Positions 49,001 to 57,846 of a stretch of DNA of 64,000 nucleotides are shown here, piece after piece (positions within the stretch are counted from its first letter, which is position 1; each line of letters opens with the position of its first letter). The translations under genes were made by a program, and so were the position numbers. The stretch comes from an uncultured virus (IMG/VR IMGVR_UViG_3300010938_000023) (lineage: Duplodnaviria > Heunggongvirae > Uroviricota > Caudoviricetes), in IMG/VR virus record IMGVR_UViG_3300010938_000023; one strand, written 5' to 3'. A model generated the notes under the pieces. It was not told the origin of the DNA and did not search any database. It worked only from the letters and a program-made list of their open reading frames with translations.

Positions 49001-52000
49001 CGGGACGCGGAACGCAAGTGGCGGATCCTATCTGCAAACGATCAAACCGTCGAACAGATACTGGACGAATGCAACTGGCGTTACTTCGCACGGAACGTAC
49101 CCGCGAGTGGAACGGGCCCAGCCGGGCCAGGTCAGCAAGGGCCCGCGGGCTCAGCAGGTCCGCAGGAGCACTCGGACCTGGCCCAACGGGCAAGTGCCGA
49201 TGAGCTGGAGGTCCATGAAGCGATCGAGCTGCCTCCAGACGCGCGAGTGGCCTGGACCTATAGCGAGCCGGTCAGCCAGCTCCCGGCCGATCAACTCCCG
49301 AACCAGGCAGGCGGTGATCCGGGCAGCTGGGCCGGGGGCGACATCCTCAAAGGGGCCCCACCCATTGATACCGTCCGGAGCCTGACGACCCGCATGTGTA
49401 CCGACTACCTGAAGGTACGGACCTTTCGATTGGTACGCGCGTTCCCCACGTTCTATCTCGCATTCTACAATGAGGGTCGCTGGATCGGCCATAAACGGTT
49501 ATGGGACCATTTCTTCAGTGGGATCACGTTGTCCGAGTTCCGAATGGTCCAGGACCAGGATGAGGCAGCGGACCTGCTGACCTTAGCAATCTACGATTAT
49601 GAGTATCGGCCCCCATATCCGCTGAATGCAACGGAGGGTGACCCGGTCTATGGCCTGTTCGACCTGATGTCAGACCTGGACCTGGCCCGTACGACCGAGG
49701 AGCCGAGCCCGACCGATATCTATCGCTGGGAGCATACGTCCGATCGGCTCGGAATCCAGCCGGGCACTCGGGTGCATTTCCGATACGGTTATGGCAGTCG
49801 TGCCAGTGAGCTGCCCGTCAAGTTCAATGGCCGTATCACGGAATACCAGCCACAAGAGGGAGGCCGGGTCGAGCTGGTCTGTCAGGGCGATGGCTGTGAG
49901 CTTTTAGAGCCGATCACGAACCGGCTGAGCGGGCTGGGGGCCGCAGTCCGCGCGGGCATGAGCCAGACCCCGTTCCTGATCGCGCAGGCTGAGGCACGGG
50001 ATACCCTGCTCTGGCTCCTCTCGGAACGGAAACAGCCCGGATTCTTGATGCGGACACTGTTCCATCCGCAGCTCCATAAATGGTACGAGAGCCTATTTGG
50101 GCCGGAACATTTCGGGCCGCCGGTCGTGCCGCGGTACCGAATGCGGTACTGGCCGCCTGCGAACCGGAACTGGTGCCTACAACGCTACTACGAGCTGAAT
50201 GCCGGGGTCGGGATGAACATCTATTGCATGGGGGATCGGCCCGGTCGAGACCGGATCCGGGGTGCAGGCCCGATGCTGGTGCCGAGCACGACCCAGAACC
50301 CGGACGCGCCCCCGGCAGGTACCCCGTTTAAGGGCATGCCACGTCTGAAAAATGTGCCAGGCAGGCCAGACCCGGTCCTGGTGGACGAGCATGGCAATGT
50401 GGTGGAGTCCCAAGTGGTGGTCGGGCCAGATGGTCAGCCACGGCACTCGGGCCCGTTAGTCTATACAGGCGAGAATGTCGGGGGGCTGATGCCCGGTGCA
50501 ATGGTCCGAGAGCCGGATTTCGCACTGGATATCCGGGACAAATCGATCTGGGACGTAGCGAACGATCTGGCCGATCTCGCCGGCGATTTCATCTGCGCGG
50601 TCCACCCCTTTGAGTTCCGGAGCACTTTATTCTATGGTAAGCCGTACTGGGACCTGGCCTATGGCTATATCTATCGGCAGCGGCGGGCCGATACAGGTGA
50701 GCTGGACCCGAACAATATCCTGGACCCGAACTATGGTCGGCCATTAGGTGGGTCTGCGCAGGCCATGGCCGCATTGGGCGGCGGGGGGCCCGCAACGGGC
50801 GAACGGATCAAGCCATTCAGCCAGATCCATTGCCTGACCGATGTGGATGATATTCTGGTCAATAACATCCAAGCGACCGAGAACTTCTATACGAACCTGA
50901 TCGGCATCTATACTGTGGGCGATGCCGACTATATCTATCCGGGCCCGGTCCCGATCTTTGAACGGATCGGGGAATGGCTGAAACATGCCACTACGACCCA
51001 TCCAGCCCATCCGGAACAGACCCCGGTCCTGGGGATCGATCCGGATATTCGGTCGTATATCCAACGGACCTGTGTGGTGGATCTGGGGCTCCACTTCACC
51101 ATGGGCTGGCTGGAACGGAAAGGTGGTCGCAGCTGGCTGTTACGGACTGCGACCAGTCGGTTGGTACGGTCCGTGGGGTTCATGTATGATGGGAGCCTGG
51201 TCATACGGGGCAACGAGTATATCAAGCCACACGATCTGATCTACCTCTCGGACATGAGTGAGGGCATGCGGGGCTGGTGCCGGGCCCGACGTGTGATCCA
51301 GCAGATGAATATAGAGACCGGGTTTGTGACGGAGATCGTGCCCGCAGTGCTTGCAGCACCGCGTGGGTCCGAGCTCAGCCATGTCTGGGTCACGGCCGCC
51401 AAGGCCGCGATCGGGCTGTCCCTGCTGGGGCTGGACCTCACACTCGGCCGAGTCTTTGAACGGCAGGGCATGCTTGCAATCGGCCGGAAGCTACTGGCGG
51501 ACCGTGAGGAGCTGCTGAAGCTGATCGAGGATGGCAAACTGGAGGCAGACCAGCTGCGGTTCTACAATAAGTTCCTACACGAGCTTGCGGCAGAGGACCC
51601 GATGACCGCTTATGCGGAGTTGCGGACCCAGCTGGCCGGGATCGCCTCGAAATATGGTGGGGAAGCGGCCAAGCATGCCAGACGTCTATCGAACTGGCTG
51701 TTTAGGACAGTCCCGAACACGATCTCAGACACCTTGAAAAAGGCACCCGCGATCGTTAGGTTCGCACGTGAGGCCCGGGCTGCAGCACTGATCGGCCGAT
51801 TGGCCCGGGGTGCAGCTCGGCTGGGCCGGGCCGGGGTAGTACGGGGCCTGGGTCGGGCCCTGGCCGGAACGGCCCGCGGGTTGTGGCGTTGGGGTCGGGT
51901 CGCGAGCACGGCACTCGGACCGGATCTGCTGGTCTGGATGCTGATGTCGTATGGGGTCAATATTCTGATCGATTCGATCCAGGACTGGGTCAATCAGCGG

Positions 52001-52168
52001 ATCGATCGGGTGGTCCTCATCCCGCTCGAACGACATGGCCGACCCTTTGTGGCGGGTGTCCTGGGCCATCGTGGCCTGATCGTGGGTGAGACGCCCGATA
52101 TGGTCAACTACCTCCTGCAGGAGGATTCCTGGCTGGGGGCGGCATTACAGGTGTTCATGGAGCTGTAA
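46046..52168 (+). CDS. Giant baseplate hub-like protein with an N-terminal thermonuclease-like domain
   Basis: GTRVHFRYGYGS...KFNGRITE...VELVCQGDG.EL and YDGSLVIRGNEYIKPHDLIYL.D...GFVTEIVP are gp27/VgrG-type hub patterns. N-terminal DLGQAAVREGRA...AQEQAKQARRGVW is SNase-like. Confidence 0.7.
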   Translation: MPEKKKKINQARQDRDPFLQPLEALARPSHMPTVVLAEPGPTEPAQAGPGRYPDKFVLKVSSDIEQINPDGSIRLRPKPTKRASSSGTGTGQVPAGSQLQLTGLDLLPALSKWGRQLRDWLNWQLVDPKQVDELYAKVQGWFRAPGRTGQVLGGPLLLGMGQLIGPDGRDLGQAAVREGRAVLARSGIPDLLGYGTAQEQAKQARRGVWATAATRLEAAKQLVQARKKAQATQRQMERVQASPSPPAPSPPPPDPSKASYQSGLELHPLVWPYDHDSAGEEFPIGVELFRFGWLWLPEPEQISVEEQSDLRVQPRVRGQYGVPRNQGHVRRRVELVWSFMIPDEVDRWVRYMVGTFQLSPFLPIQHGILNYEYGILALALHRMTISVQPSTRQPNRIQVIVEALEFDALSYLPWPMQRGLNYPIYEEWVRQYVDGQDRWQGRLLARMARTDEIDPARAADLVFQIANPEQVRTAVEQFKQQERLGVTPMEQESNVIYEHTTAQIIERVLSNQAGLPDPWHQGSMIARLRDQTEVRNWSQQPGPIYVTGLEWLNAYGRGQQQVLVRLFRPQTVSQLLKAGAIQGYIDLGNSGSTHFQYRPESGRLVRWSGRGEWSLQWNEPMFAWSPNDYLPVTVPGIAAIRFKLGARNSYAVDPNDPNDQVRFRTFIEQRYLQDSRWQNCLWLVPASQIGTLLTYLKRGATADRQPEPPLDPGHRALGEAALEGDAVWITRRDGRPDTDQVCLVAGISVVFEHNFTEQQVKQQEVPTFAYLGSVSGAVQLSLEVLEPGGLNVLQSVLGQVRDQQRQGSCELLETEGFEVGFVRVYQNFLNSLGVHWLVPQSASVQMNPGGSELRPCQLTGTIYQPLGVLYQIARDRQLRKRMGRSFGQPPQVYLEQLHDVNRERLTFFGLNELLDEFELYPDLHLPTYQELAQLAQAAAKRHRIAFEKLVRPVPVQRPFKRQLEWWTDKELSYRYVDPDFYLGWPRDAERKWRILSANDQTVEQILDECNWRYFARNVPASGTGPAGPGQQGPAGSAGPQEHSDLAQRASADELEVHEAIELPPDARVAWTYSEPVSQLPADQLPNQAGGDPGSWAGGDILKGAPPIDTVRSLTTRMCTDYLKVRTFRLVRAFPTFYLAFYNEGRWIGHKRLWDHFFSGITLSEFRMVQDQDEAADLLTLAIYDYEYRPPYPLNATEGDPVYGLFDLMSDLDLARTTEEPSPTDIYRWEHTSDRLGIQPGTRVHFRYGYGSRASELPVKFNGRITEYQPQEGGRVELVCQGDGCELLEPITNRLSGLGAAVRAGMSQTPFLIAQAEARDTLLWLLSERKQPGFLMRTLFHPQLHKWYESLFGPEHFGPPVVPRYRMRYWPPANRNWCLQRYYELNAGVGMNIYCMGDRPGRDRIRGAGPMLVPSTTQNPDAPPAGTPFKGMPRLKNVPGRPDPVLVDEHGNVVESQVVVGPDGQPRHSGPLVYTGENVGGLMPGAMVREPDFALDIRDKSIWDVANDLADLAGDFICAVHPFEFRSTLFYGKPYWDLAYGYIYRQRRADTGELDPNNILDPNYGRPLGGSAQAMAALGGGGPATGERIKPFSQIHCLTDVDDILVNNIQATENFYTNLIGIYTVGDADYIYPGPVPIFERIGEWLKHATTTHPAHPEQTPVLGIDPDIRSYIQRTCVVDLGLHFTMGWLERKGGRSWLLRTATSRLVRSVGFMYDGSLVIRGNEYIKPHDLIYLSDMSEGMRGWCRARRVIQQMNIETGFVTEIVPAVLAAPRGSELSHVWVTAAKAAIGLSLLGLDLTLGRVFERQGMLAIGRKLLADREELLKLIEDGKLEADQLRFYNKFLHELAAEDPMTAYAELRTQLAGIASKYGGEAAKHARRLSNWLFRTVPNTISDTLKKAPAIVRFAREARAAALIGRLARGAARLGRAGVVRGLGRALAGTARGLWRWGRVASTALGPDLLVWMLMSYGVNILIDSIQDWVNQRIDRVVLIPLERHGRPFVAGVLGHRGLIVGETPDMVNYLLQEDSWLGAALQVFMEL

Positions 52169-52188
52169 AAAATGGGGGGGATGGACCC

Positions 52189-53292
52189 ATGGCCAAGATA
52201 GCACCCCAGACCGGCCCGTGGCGTCTGACGGGTGGCAACCGATACGAACGCTGGTCACGGCTGGGTGTACTTTTGAGGGAGCTGGTCCCGCCCGAGTGGC
52301 GGCTCGGGCACGATCCGAACGATCAGGATCGGCCCGTGCTGTTCATCGATCCGGCCGATCCAGTCTGGCCCAGCCAGCCGGGCCAGCCGGGTGTAGCGGG
52401 CGAGCCCAGTGGCTCGGTAGCCTATACGGGCGAGCCCGGTGGCACGGGTCAGCAGGTGGTCGAGATTGCAACCCAATGTGTAGGGGTCCCATATATCTGG
52501 GGTGGTGAGGACCCCCGGACCGGTATGGACTGTTCCGGCTTAGTGAACTATGTCTATCGGCAGGTAGGGGTCCAACTGCCTCGAACGGCCCAAGCGATCT
52601 ACAGCAGTCCGAACCTGCCCAAGGTGACCTGGCCGGAACGGCAGCCAGGCGACATCATCCTCTTCTGGTCCCCGACCGATGGCCGGACAGTCTCGCATGT
52701 CGGGCTCTATATTGGGAACGATCAGATGATCCATGCGAGCAGCACCCGCAAAGCGGTCCGGATAGAGCGGCTCACGGAATACTATCTACAGCGGTACGCG
52801 GGCCTGAGACGGCCACTGGCACTGCGGTCGGAACAGCCACCTTGGGTTCAGACCCATGTCGGGATCAGTCAGTTCGGAGGTGACCCTATGAAGCTAGGCC
52901 CGGACCAGCTGGGCCAGATCGCTCAGGACTATACCGATGAGGAGCTCGCAGATGGGATTCGGGTAGCGGAGGGTGTGAACTCGCATTATCCATACGGCAT
53001 TACTGCACCGGGCCATAAAGATAAAGCGCGTGACAACGAGCCATACGCCCGCCGGATCTGTCTGGCCACGATCCGTAACAACCGGATCCGTTGGGCGAAG
53101 GCAGACAAGCGTCGCTACCCGACATATCTCCCGTTCCTAGCGGACCGGTACGTGATGACCGGTCAGACCTCCGAGCTGGCCCGTCGGAACCGGCTGAACT
53201 GGATGCGGAACATTGTCGCAACGGTCGAAAAGCAGCGGGCCGCACAGCGGGCCCGTAGCCAGCCTCGGGCCTCAGGAGCCAGTCCACGATGA
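52189..53292 (+). CDS. Tail-associated peptidoglycan hydrolase: NlpC/P60 peptidase plus a possible lysozyme-like domain
   Basis: GVPYIWGG...GMDCSGLV...LPRTA...SHVGLYIG...MIHAS (Cys-His-His). C-terminal GIRVAEG...YGI...FLADRY...NWMRNI. Confidence 0.88.
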   Translation: MAKIAPQTGPWRLTGGNRYERWSRLGVLLRELVPPEWRLGHDPNDQDRPVLFIDPADPVWPSQPGQPGVAGEPSGSVAYTGEPGGTGQQVVEIATQCVGVPYIWGGEDPRTGMDCSGLVNYVYRQVGVQLPRTAQAIYSSPNLPKVTWPERQPGDIILFWSPTDGRTVSHVGLYIGNDQMIHASSTRKAVRIERLTEYYLQRYAGLRRPLALRSEQPPWVQTHVGISQFGGDPMKLGPDQLGQIAQDYTDEELADGIRVAEGVNSHYPYGITAPGHKDKARDNEPYARRICLATIRNNRIRWAKADKRRYPTYLPFLADRYVMTGQTSELARRNRLNWMRNIVATVEKQRAAQRARSQPRASGASPR

Positions 53293-53624
53293 GCCGATTA
53301 GCACGTCGGATCAAACATGAGATTGTGGAGCCCAGCCTCGCGGTCGAGCCACAGCCGATGCTGGGCAAGCTGCTGTCCGTATCGGAGGATGGCCAGTTCG
53401 GTACGGTCCGGATAGAATATCCAAACGGGCAGAGCAGCCAGGTCCGGGCACTGATGCTGGCCCCGTTACGGGCCGGTGAGCATGGCAGGCCGCCGACCAA
53501 TTGTCAAGTAATGCTGATCTGGCCGGGCCGGCACCATGGGCTCAGCCCGTGGGTGGTCGGGCTGGTCTATCCTCAAGTGCCGGTGCCTGGGACTATACTC
53601 TGGCCTAGGAGACCGATAGGCTGA
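53289..53624 (+). CDS. Putative baseplate spike-associated (gpV OB-fold-like) protein
   Basis: ATGA overlap with the hydrolase; GKLLSV...GTVRIEY...PPTNCQVMLIW...PWVVG pattern; position. Confidence 0.5.
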   Translation: MSRLARRIKHEIVEPSLAVEPQPMLGKLLSVSEDGQFGTVRIEYPNGQSSQVRALMLAPLRAGEHGRPPTNCQVMLIWPGRHHGLSPWVVGLVYPQVPVPGTILWPRRPIG

Positions 53625-53679
53625 AGAAACGGGTGTAAGGACCGGGGCTCGAGGGTATGGCCTGGAGAACGAGTAGCGG

Positions 53680-54054
53680 ATGTTTGAAGATTTAGAGCTG
53701 GACCAGCAGCTGACCCATCCCGAGCTGGGCCGGCCCGTAACGGCCGGTGCGACCGAAGACGAGCTCGGTCTGATCCATCCGATAGGGGGCCATGGACTGC
53801 TTCTGGCCGGGTCCGGGACGGTGAGTTTAGCGAATGCGGCGGCGAGCCTACAGCTCGACGTGGACGGTACGGTCCAGGTCCAGGCCAGCTCGGTCCTCCT
53901 GAACGGGCTGGACCTGATGACGCTACTGGACCAGCTCCAGGCCAAGCTGGCCGAGCTCGGGCCAACAGACCAACCAAGTGGCCCGCCGGACCCAGTCCAA
54001 ACGGGCCCGATCCGCCCGGACTGGGCGGGGCTACTGGCATGGCTATCAGACTGA
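53680..54054 (+). CDS. Putative baseplate or spike protein
   Basis: Short beta-strand repeats (GLLLAGSGTVSL, SLQLDVDGTVQVQA); ribosome-binding site GGAG; position before the gp25-like gene. Confidence 0.45.
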   Translation: MFEDLELDQQLTHPELGRPVTAGATEDELGLIHPIGGHGLLLAGSGTVSLANAAASLQLDVDGTVQVQASSVLLNGLDLMTLLDQLQAKLAELGPTDQPSGPPDPVQTGPIRPDWAGLLAWLSD

Positions 54055-54082
54055 AAGAGAAAAGTGGGGCCTCAGCGATAAA

Positions 54083-54532
54083 TTGGATGGACGGCTGAAC
54101 GCGTATGGGGGGCTCAGTGTAGGCCCAGACGGGGATATTGAGCCGGTCGAGGGCTGGCCAGTACTGGCCCAGCAGTTACTGGTCCAGCTGAGATCGCACC
54201 GGAACGATTTCCTATTGCATCCTGAAATCTGTATGGACCTGGAGGACTTCATGGGCGAATGGGTCCGGCCCGAGCTACTGGACCAGATGCAGGACCGGAT
54301 CAGCCAGGCCCTGGTCCAGGCGTGGAGCCAAGCGGGTGATGAGGTAGCGGACGTGCCGCTGGTCCGGGTCGATGCTGCAAGTGACGATACGGTCGTGATC
54401 ACGATCGAGCTGGCCGATCTGGACCAGGTCGTGCATCGGCTGGCCGTCCCGTTCAGCTACCGAGAAGGCTTTATCCTGCCCGCGGACATGGAATCCGCCG
54501 CGGGCAGCCTCGTGGAGGCCTACCTGCTCTAA
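54083..54532 (+). CDS. Baseplate wedge protein, gp25/gpW-like
   Basis: GGLSVGPDGDI...LAQQLLVQLRSHRNDFLLHPEICMDLEDFMGE is the gp25-like signature. Start uncertain; TTG 54083 proposed. Confidence 0.75.
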   Translation: MDGRLNAYGGLSVGPDGDIEPVEGWPVLAQQLLVQLRSHRNDFLLHPEICMDLEDFMGEWVRPELLDQMQDRISQALVQAWSQAGDEVADVPLVRVDAASDDTVVITIELADLDQVVHRLAVPFSYREGFILPADMESAAGSLVEAYLL

Positions 54533-54596
54533 AGCCAGGTGGAGGGCCTCGCCCCTTTTTTTGGGGGGACGATCCCGCGGTCAGGTAGTAGCGACG

Positions 54597-55736
54597 ATGG
54601 CGATCATTCCACGTGATGAAGAGACGATGCTGGCCGAGGCCAGACGTTGGCTCCGTGAGAATACCGAGTTTACCAACTTCTCGCCCGGCTCGTTGGTCTG
54701 GAACCTGGTCGAGCTACCGGTCCGGGAGCTGGGTCGGCTCTGGCGGGCATTGGCGGAACTGGAATCGAGCCTCCAGCTGGACACGGCAACGGGCCAGAGC
54801 CTGGACCGGTTAGGTGAGCTGCTGGGGCTGACCCGCAAGCTGTTCCAGCCGGCGAACACGTTAGATCAGGCCGCGGGCTTCAAGTTCTATGTGGTGGGTG
54901 GCCAGACCTATGGGGAGGCCAGTGGGGGTGGGACTGCGATCATACCGGCGGGCACCCCGGTCTGGCCCCATCGGAACCCAGGCCAGGTCTATCATACGAC
55001 CCAGGACGCGAACTTCGAGCAGGACACCCGTGAGGTGTTCGTACCGATCATGGCCCAGGAATCCGGCAGCCGATACAATGTCGGCCCGGGCCAGCTGGAC
55101 CGGCATGGTGCAGTGGAGCAGGCCGGGCTGGTGTACTGTACCAACCTGCACGCGATCGATAATGGCTCGGACCTGGAGGGGGACGAGCCGTTCCGGTACC
55201 GGATCAGTCAGCGGGTACAACAGATCATGGGCTGGTCCAGTGTCAGCTTAGCGGCAACGGCGTTAGGGGTGCCGGGTGTACGGGACGTGCTGGTGCACGA
55301 GTTCGCACGGGGTACGGGCACCGTGGATCTGACCGTGCTGACCTATTTCCCACAGACGAGCCAGTCGATCCTGGCCCAGGTCCGGTCCGAGCTGGAACGG
55401 GTCCGACCGGAAGGGATCGATGTCCAGGTGTACGGCCCGATCGAACGCCGGATCGATCTGAGCCTACAACTGGTCCCGAGCAGCTTAGAGGCCGAGCTGC
55501 GTACCCAGGTGCGCCAGACGCTGGTCAGCTACCTCAACCTCTTAACGTTGGGTGAGCCATTCATCGTCAACGAGCTGATCCAACGGGCCATGGAGGTCTC
55601 CGAAACGATCCAGGACCTGGTCCTGCTGGAGCTGTACGTGGAGGACCGGTCCGGCCAACGGGTGCCCTGCCTGTTCACAAACCAACTGGCCGAGCCCGAC
55701 GAGAAGTTCTATGCAGGCCAGGTCACCGTCCTATAG
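54597..55736 (+). CDS. Baseplate J-like wedge protein
   Basis: TNFSPGSL, LDTATGQSLDRLGELLGLTR, IIPAGT, NGSDLEGDEPFRYRI and ALGVPGVRDV...RGTGTVD. Confidence 0.9.
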   Translation: MAIIPRDEETMLAEARRWLRENTEFTNFSPGSLVWNLVELPVRELGRLWRALAELESSLQLDTATGQSLDRLGELLGLTRKLFQPANTLDQAAGFKFYVVGGQTYGEASGGGTAIIPAGTPVWPHRNPGQVYHTTQDANFEQDTREVFVPIMAQESGSRYNVGPGQLDRHGAVEQAGLVYCTNLHAIDNGSDLEGDEPFRYRISQRVQQIMGWSSVSLAATALGVPGVRDVLVHEFARGTGTVDLTVLTYFPQTSQSILAQVRSELERVRPEGIDVQVYGPIERRIDLSLQLVPSSLEAELRTQVRQTLVSYLNLLTLGEPFIVNELIQRAMEVSETIQDLVLLELYVEDRSGQRVPCLFTNQLAEPDEKFYAGQVTVL

Positions 55737-55819
55737 GGGCCCCTGGGCAGGGGCCCGAAAAACGGACCTGAGCCGCCCGGGCCGGCCCGATACGAAGCCA
55801 GGTACAATGATAAGGGACG

Positions 55820-57364
55820 ATGCCGAACCCACCTAACGTTTATGGTCAGCCTTATACGCGGTATGATCCGATGGTCTGGGACCTGCTGGTCCAGCTGCCC
55901 AGCTGGCTGGCACCGGTCCAGACCAGCCAGGACAACACGCATGGGCTCCTCGCATTACACGCGTTGGAACTGGCTCGGGCCTGGCGGGCCGAGCTGCATG
56001 TGGGCCGGAACGTGAGCCTGGGCCTGGCCGACCCGGGCCAGCTGAGGCTGGGCTGGCGTTGGGTGGACCGGAGCCTCTTACAGCTGGGCCAGCTCGGCCC
56101 GGTCGAATATTGGGATATCGGCCGGTCCGAGTTCCGGCCGGTTCGGATCACGTCCGATCCGATGGAGTTCCTGGGGGTCGAGGACCGGCCCGAACCGTTA
56201 GGGTACGTGGTTGAGGACCGGCTATACCTCCGGAACCTGATGCTGGCCGAGCAATCGTTCAGTACCGGGACAGTCCCAACGTTAGCGAGCTACCCTTTAA
56301 CGAACCGGTGGACCGGGTCCGGGCCGGCCTCGATCCTGCGGGACGCACCGGTCTATTGGTCCGAGGACGGGTTTGAGACCTGGGGTCGGCTGGCACCGGA
56401 CAGTGGGCAGATCGAGCATGAGTCGGGCCGAGTCTGGCTCGAGAATAGCGTAACAGGTGCCACAGTCACGATCCGGTACGTATCGGGCGATCTGCTCTTG
56501 GCGGGCCAGTGGTCGGCCAGTATCAGCCTACAGGGGAGCGCGTTGTCCGTGCCCCGTATGGACTTCTGGAACGGGTTCGATCAGATCGGGCTGTGGCTGG
56601 GCTGTAGTCGGATCTCGAACGAGGACAACGTCACGTACCGGGCTCGGCTGCGGACCGTCTTCCGGGCACCGGCCCATCCCAGTCCGATCGGGTGCCGGCT
56701 CGGGCTCGGGCGAGCCTTGGGCCGGCTACAGAGCACGGGCTGGACCGTATCGAGCCTGAGTACGACGCTCGAGCTCACGACGGGCGGTCAGAGCTGGCTG
56801 GTGGATGCCGCGGGCGATATGGTAGGTCCGAGCATGGCCCGGACCGAGGACCTGCAGCCGGACCCGACGGGCCGTTACTGGTATTTCAGCCGGCGTCCAA
56901 TAGGGCCGGACCTGATCGAACTGAGGGTTGACCATCAACTGGTCTCGGTCAGCCTAACGAGCGTGCCCGGCTGTGTACCCGCGGATGTGCCGGCCGTCGA
57001 GCTACAGCCGCGGGAAGCGGTCCAGGCCCAGTATCTGGTGCAGCTCTGGCAGGATACCGGGACCCAGCTGCACGCGGACCAGCTCCCACCGGGCCGGTAC
57101 GAGGTGTACTGGGTCTCGGACGTGACGGTCCATCGACTGATGGATCCCGTCTATCAGCAACGTGAGCTTCTGGACGCACGGGGCCTACCGACCGAGACAT
57201 TCGTGAAGTTGGTCCAAGCGGTCCAGAGGGCCGTCCCAATCTGTTGGGGCCAGGCCCGTTGGGACCGCGGCATCTATTTCTTTGGGGTGGACGAGCCCAA
57301 GCCCCAGCTCTGCTATCTACCAAACGTTTGGGATGTCAATCGGACCTATCCCAACGGGAGTTAA
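55820..57364 (+). CDS. Baseplate wedge subunit (gpI-like region)
   Basis: NGFDQIGLWLGCSRISNEDNVTYRARL motif; follows baseplate J. Upstream TACAAT at 55803-55808. Confidence 0.6.
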   Translation: MPNPPNVYGQPYTRYDPMVWDLLVQLPSWLAPVQTSQDNTHGLLALHALELARAWRAELHVGRNVSLGLADPGQLRLGWRWVDRSLLQLGQLGPVEYWDIGRSEFRPVRITSDPMEFLGVEDRPEPLGYVVEDRLYLRNLMLAEQSFSTGTVPTLASYPLTNRWTGSGPASILRDAPVYWSEDGFETWGRLAPDSGQIEHESGRVWLENSVTGATVTIRYVSGDLLLAGQWSASISLQGSALSVPRMDFWNGFDQIGLWLGCSRISNEDNVTYRARLRTVFRAPAHPSPIGCRLGLGRALGRLQSTGWTVSSLSTTLELTTGGQSWLVDAAGDMVGPSMARTEDLQPDPTGRYWYFSRRPIGPDLIELRVDHQLVSVSLTSVPGCVPADVPAVELQPREAVQAQYLVQLWQDTGTQLHADQLPPGRYEVYWVSDVTVHRLMDPVYQQRELLDARGLPTETFVKLVQAVQRAVPICWGQARWDRGIYFFGVDEPKPQLCYLPNVWDVNRTYPNGS

Positions 57365-57577
57365 GCCCTTAAAAAAAGAAGGTGCAAGCTGTTTTCAAAT
57401 AAGCGTTGAGATTAACTGGCCGGAATGGGTTTACGGACAGTATAAACGCGCGGGGATGGGGTATAAGACCACTTGTGGCAATCCCAGATGAACTGCGAAA
57501 ATTGGCCGAAGAAAGGCGGCCTTCCAGACCTATCGGGATTTAGGCAGGTCTGGTAAACCAGTGTCAATATAAGCACG

Positions 57578-57817
57578 ATGGCAACCACACGTAAGAAATC
57601 GACCAAGCCGGACCCGACGAGGCCGAGCTCGCCCACGGTCCGAATCGCGTTCCCTTTACCGCCGGCACCCCCTTCGACCGGAGCCCGACGGGTCCAGGTA
57701 TTAGACCCGAAACAGCTGAAGAAGCCGAAGCCGGCGGGCCGCAGCACTCGCAAGCGGTCGGCCAGCCCGGCCGATGACCCGTTACTGGCCCAGCTACTGA
57801 CCGGGCCGAAGCCCTAG
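57578..57817 (+). CDS. Small basic K/R/P-rich protein
   Basis: 79-aa ATG ORF after an AT-rich intergenic region; strongly basic. Confidence 0.5.
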   Translation: MATTRKKSTKPDPTRPSSPTVRIAFPLPPAPPSTGARRVQVLDPKQLKKPKPAGRSTRKRSASPADDPLLAQLLTGPKP

Positions 57818-57846
57818 CCGGTCCGTAGCGGGCTGAAAGGCGAGCA

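Noticed and set aside
15839..57364. Extracellular contractile injection system or tailocin
   Set aside because: Prohead protease, major capsid and neck genes lie in the same co-oriented cluster, indicating a complete phage.
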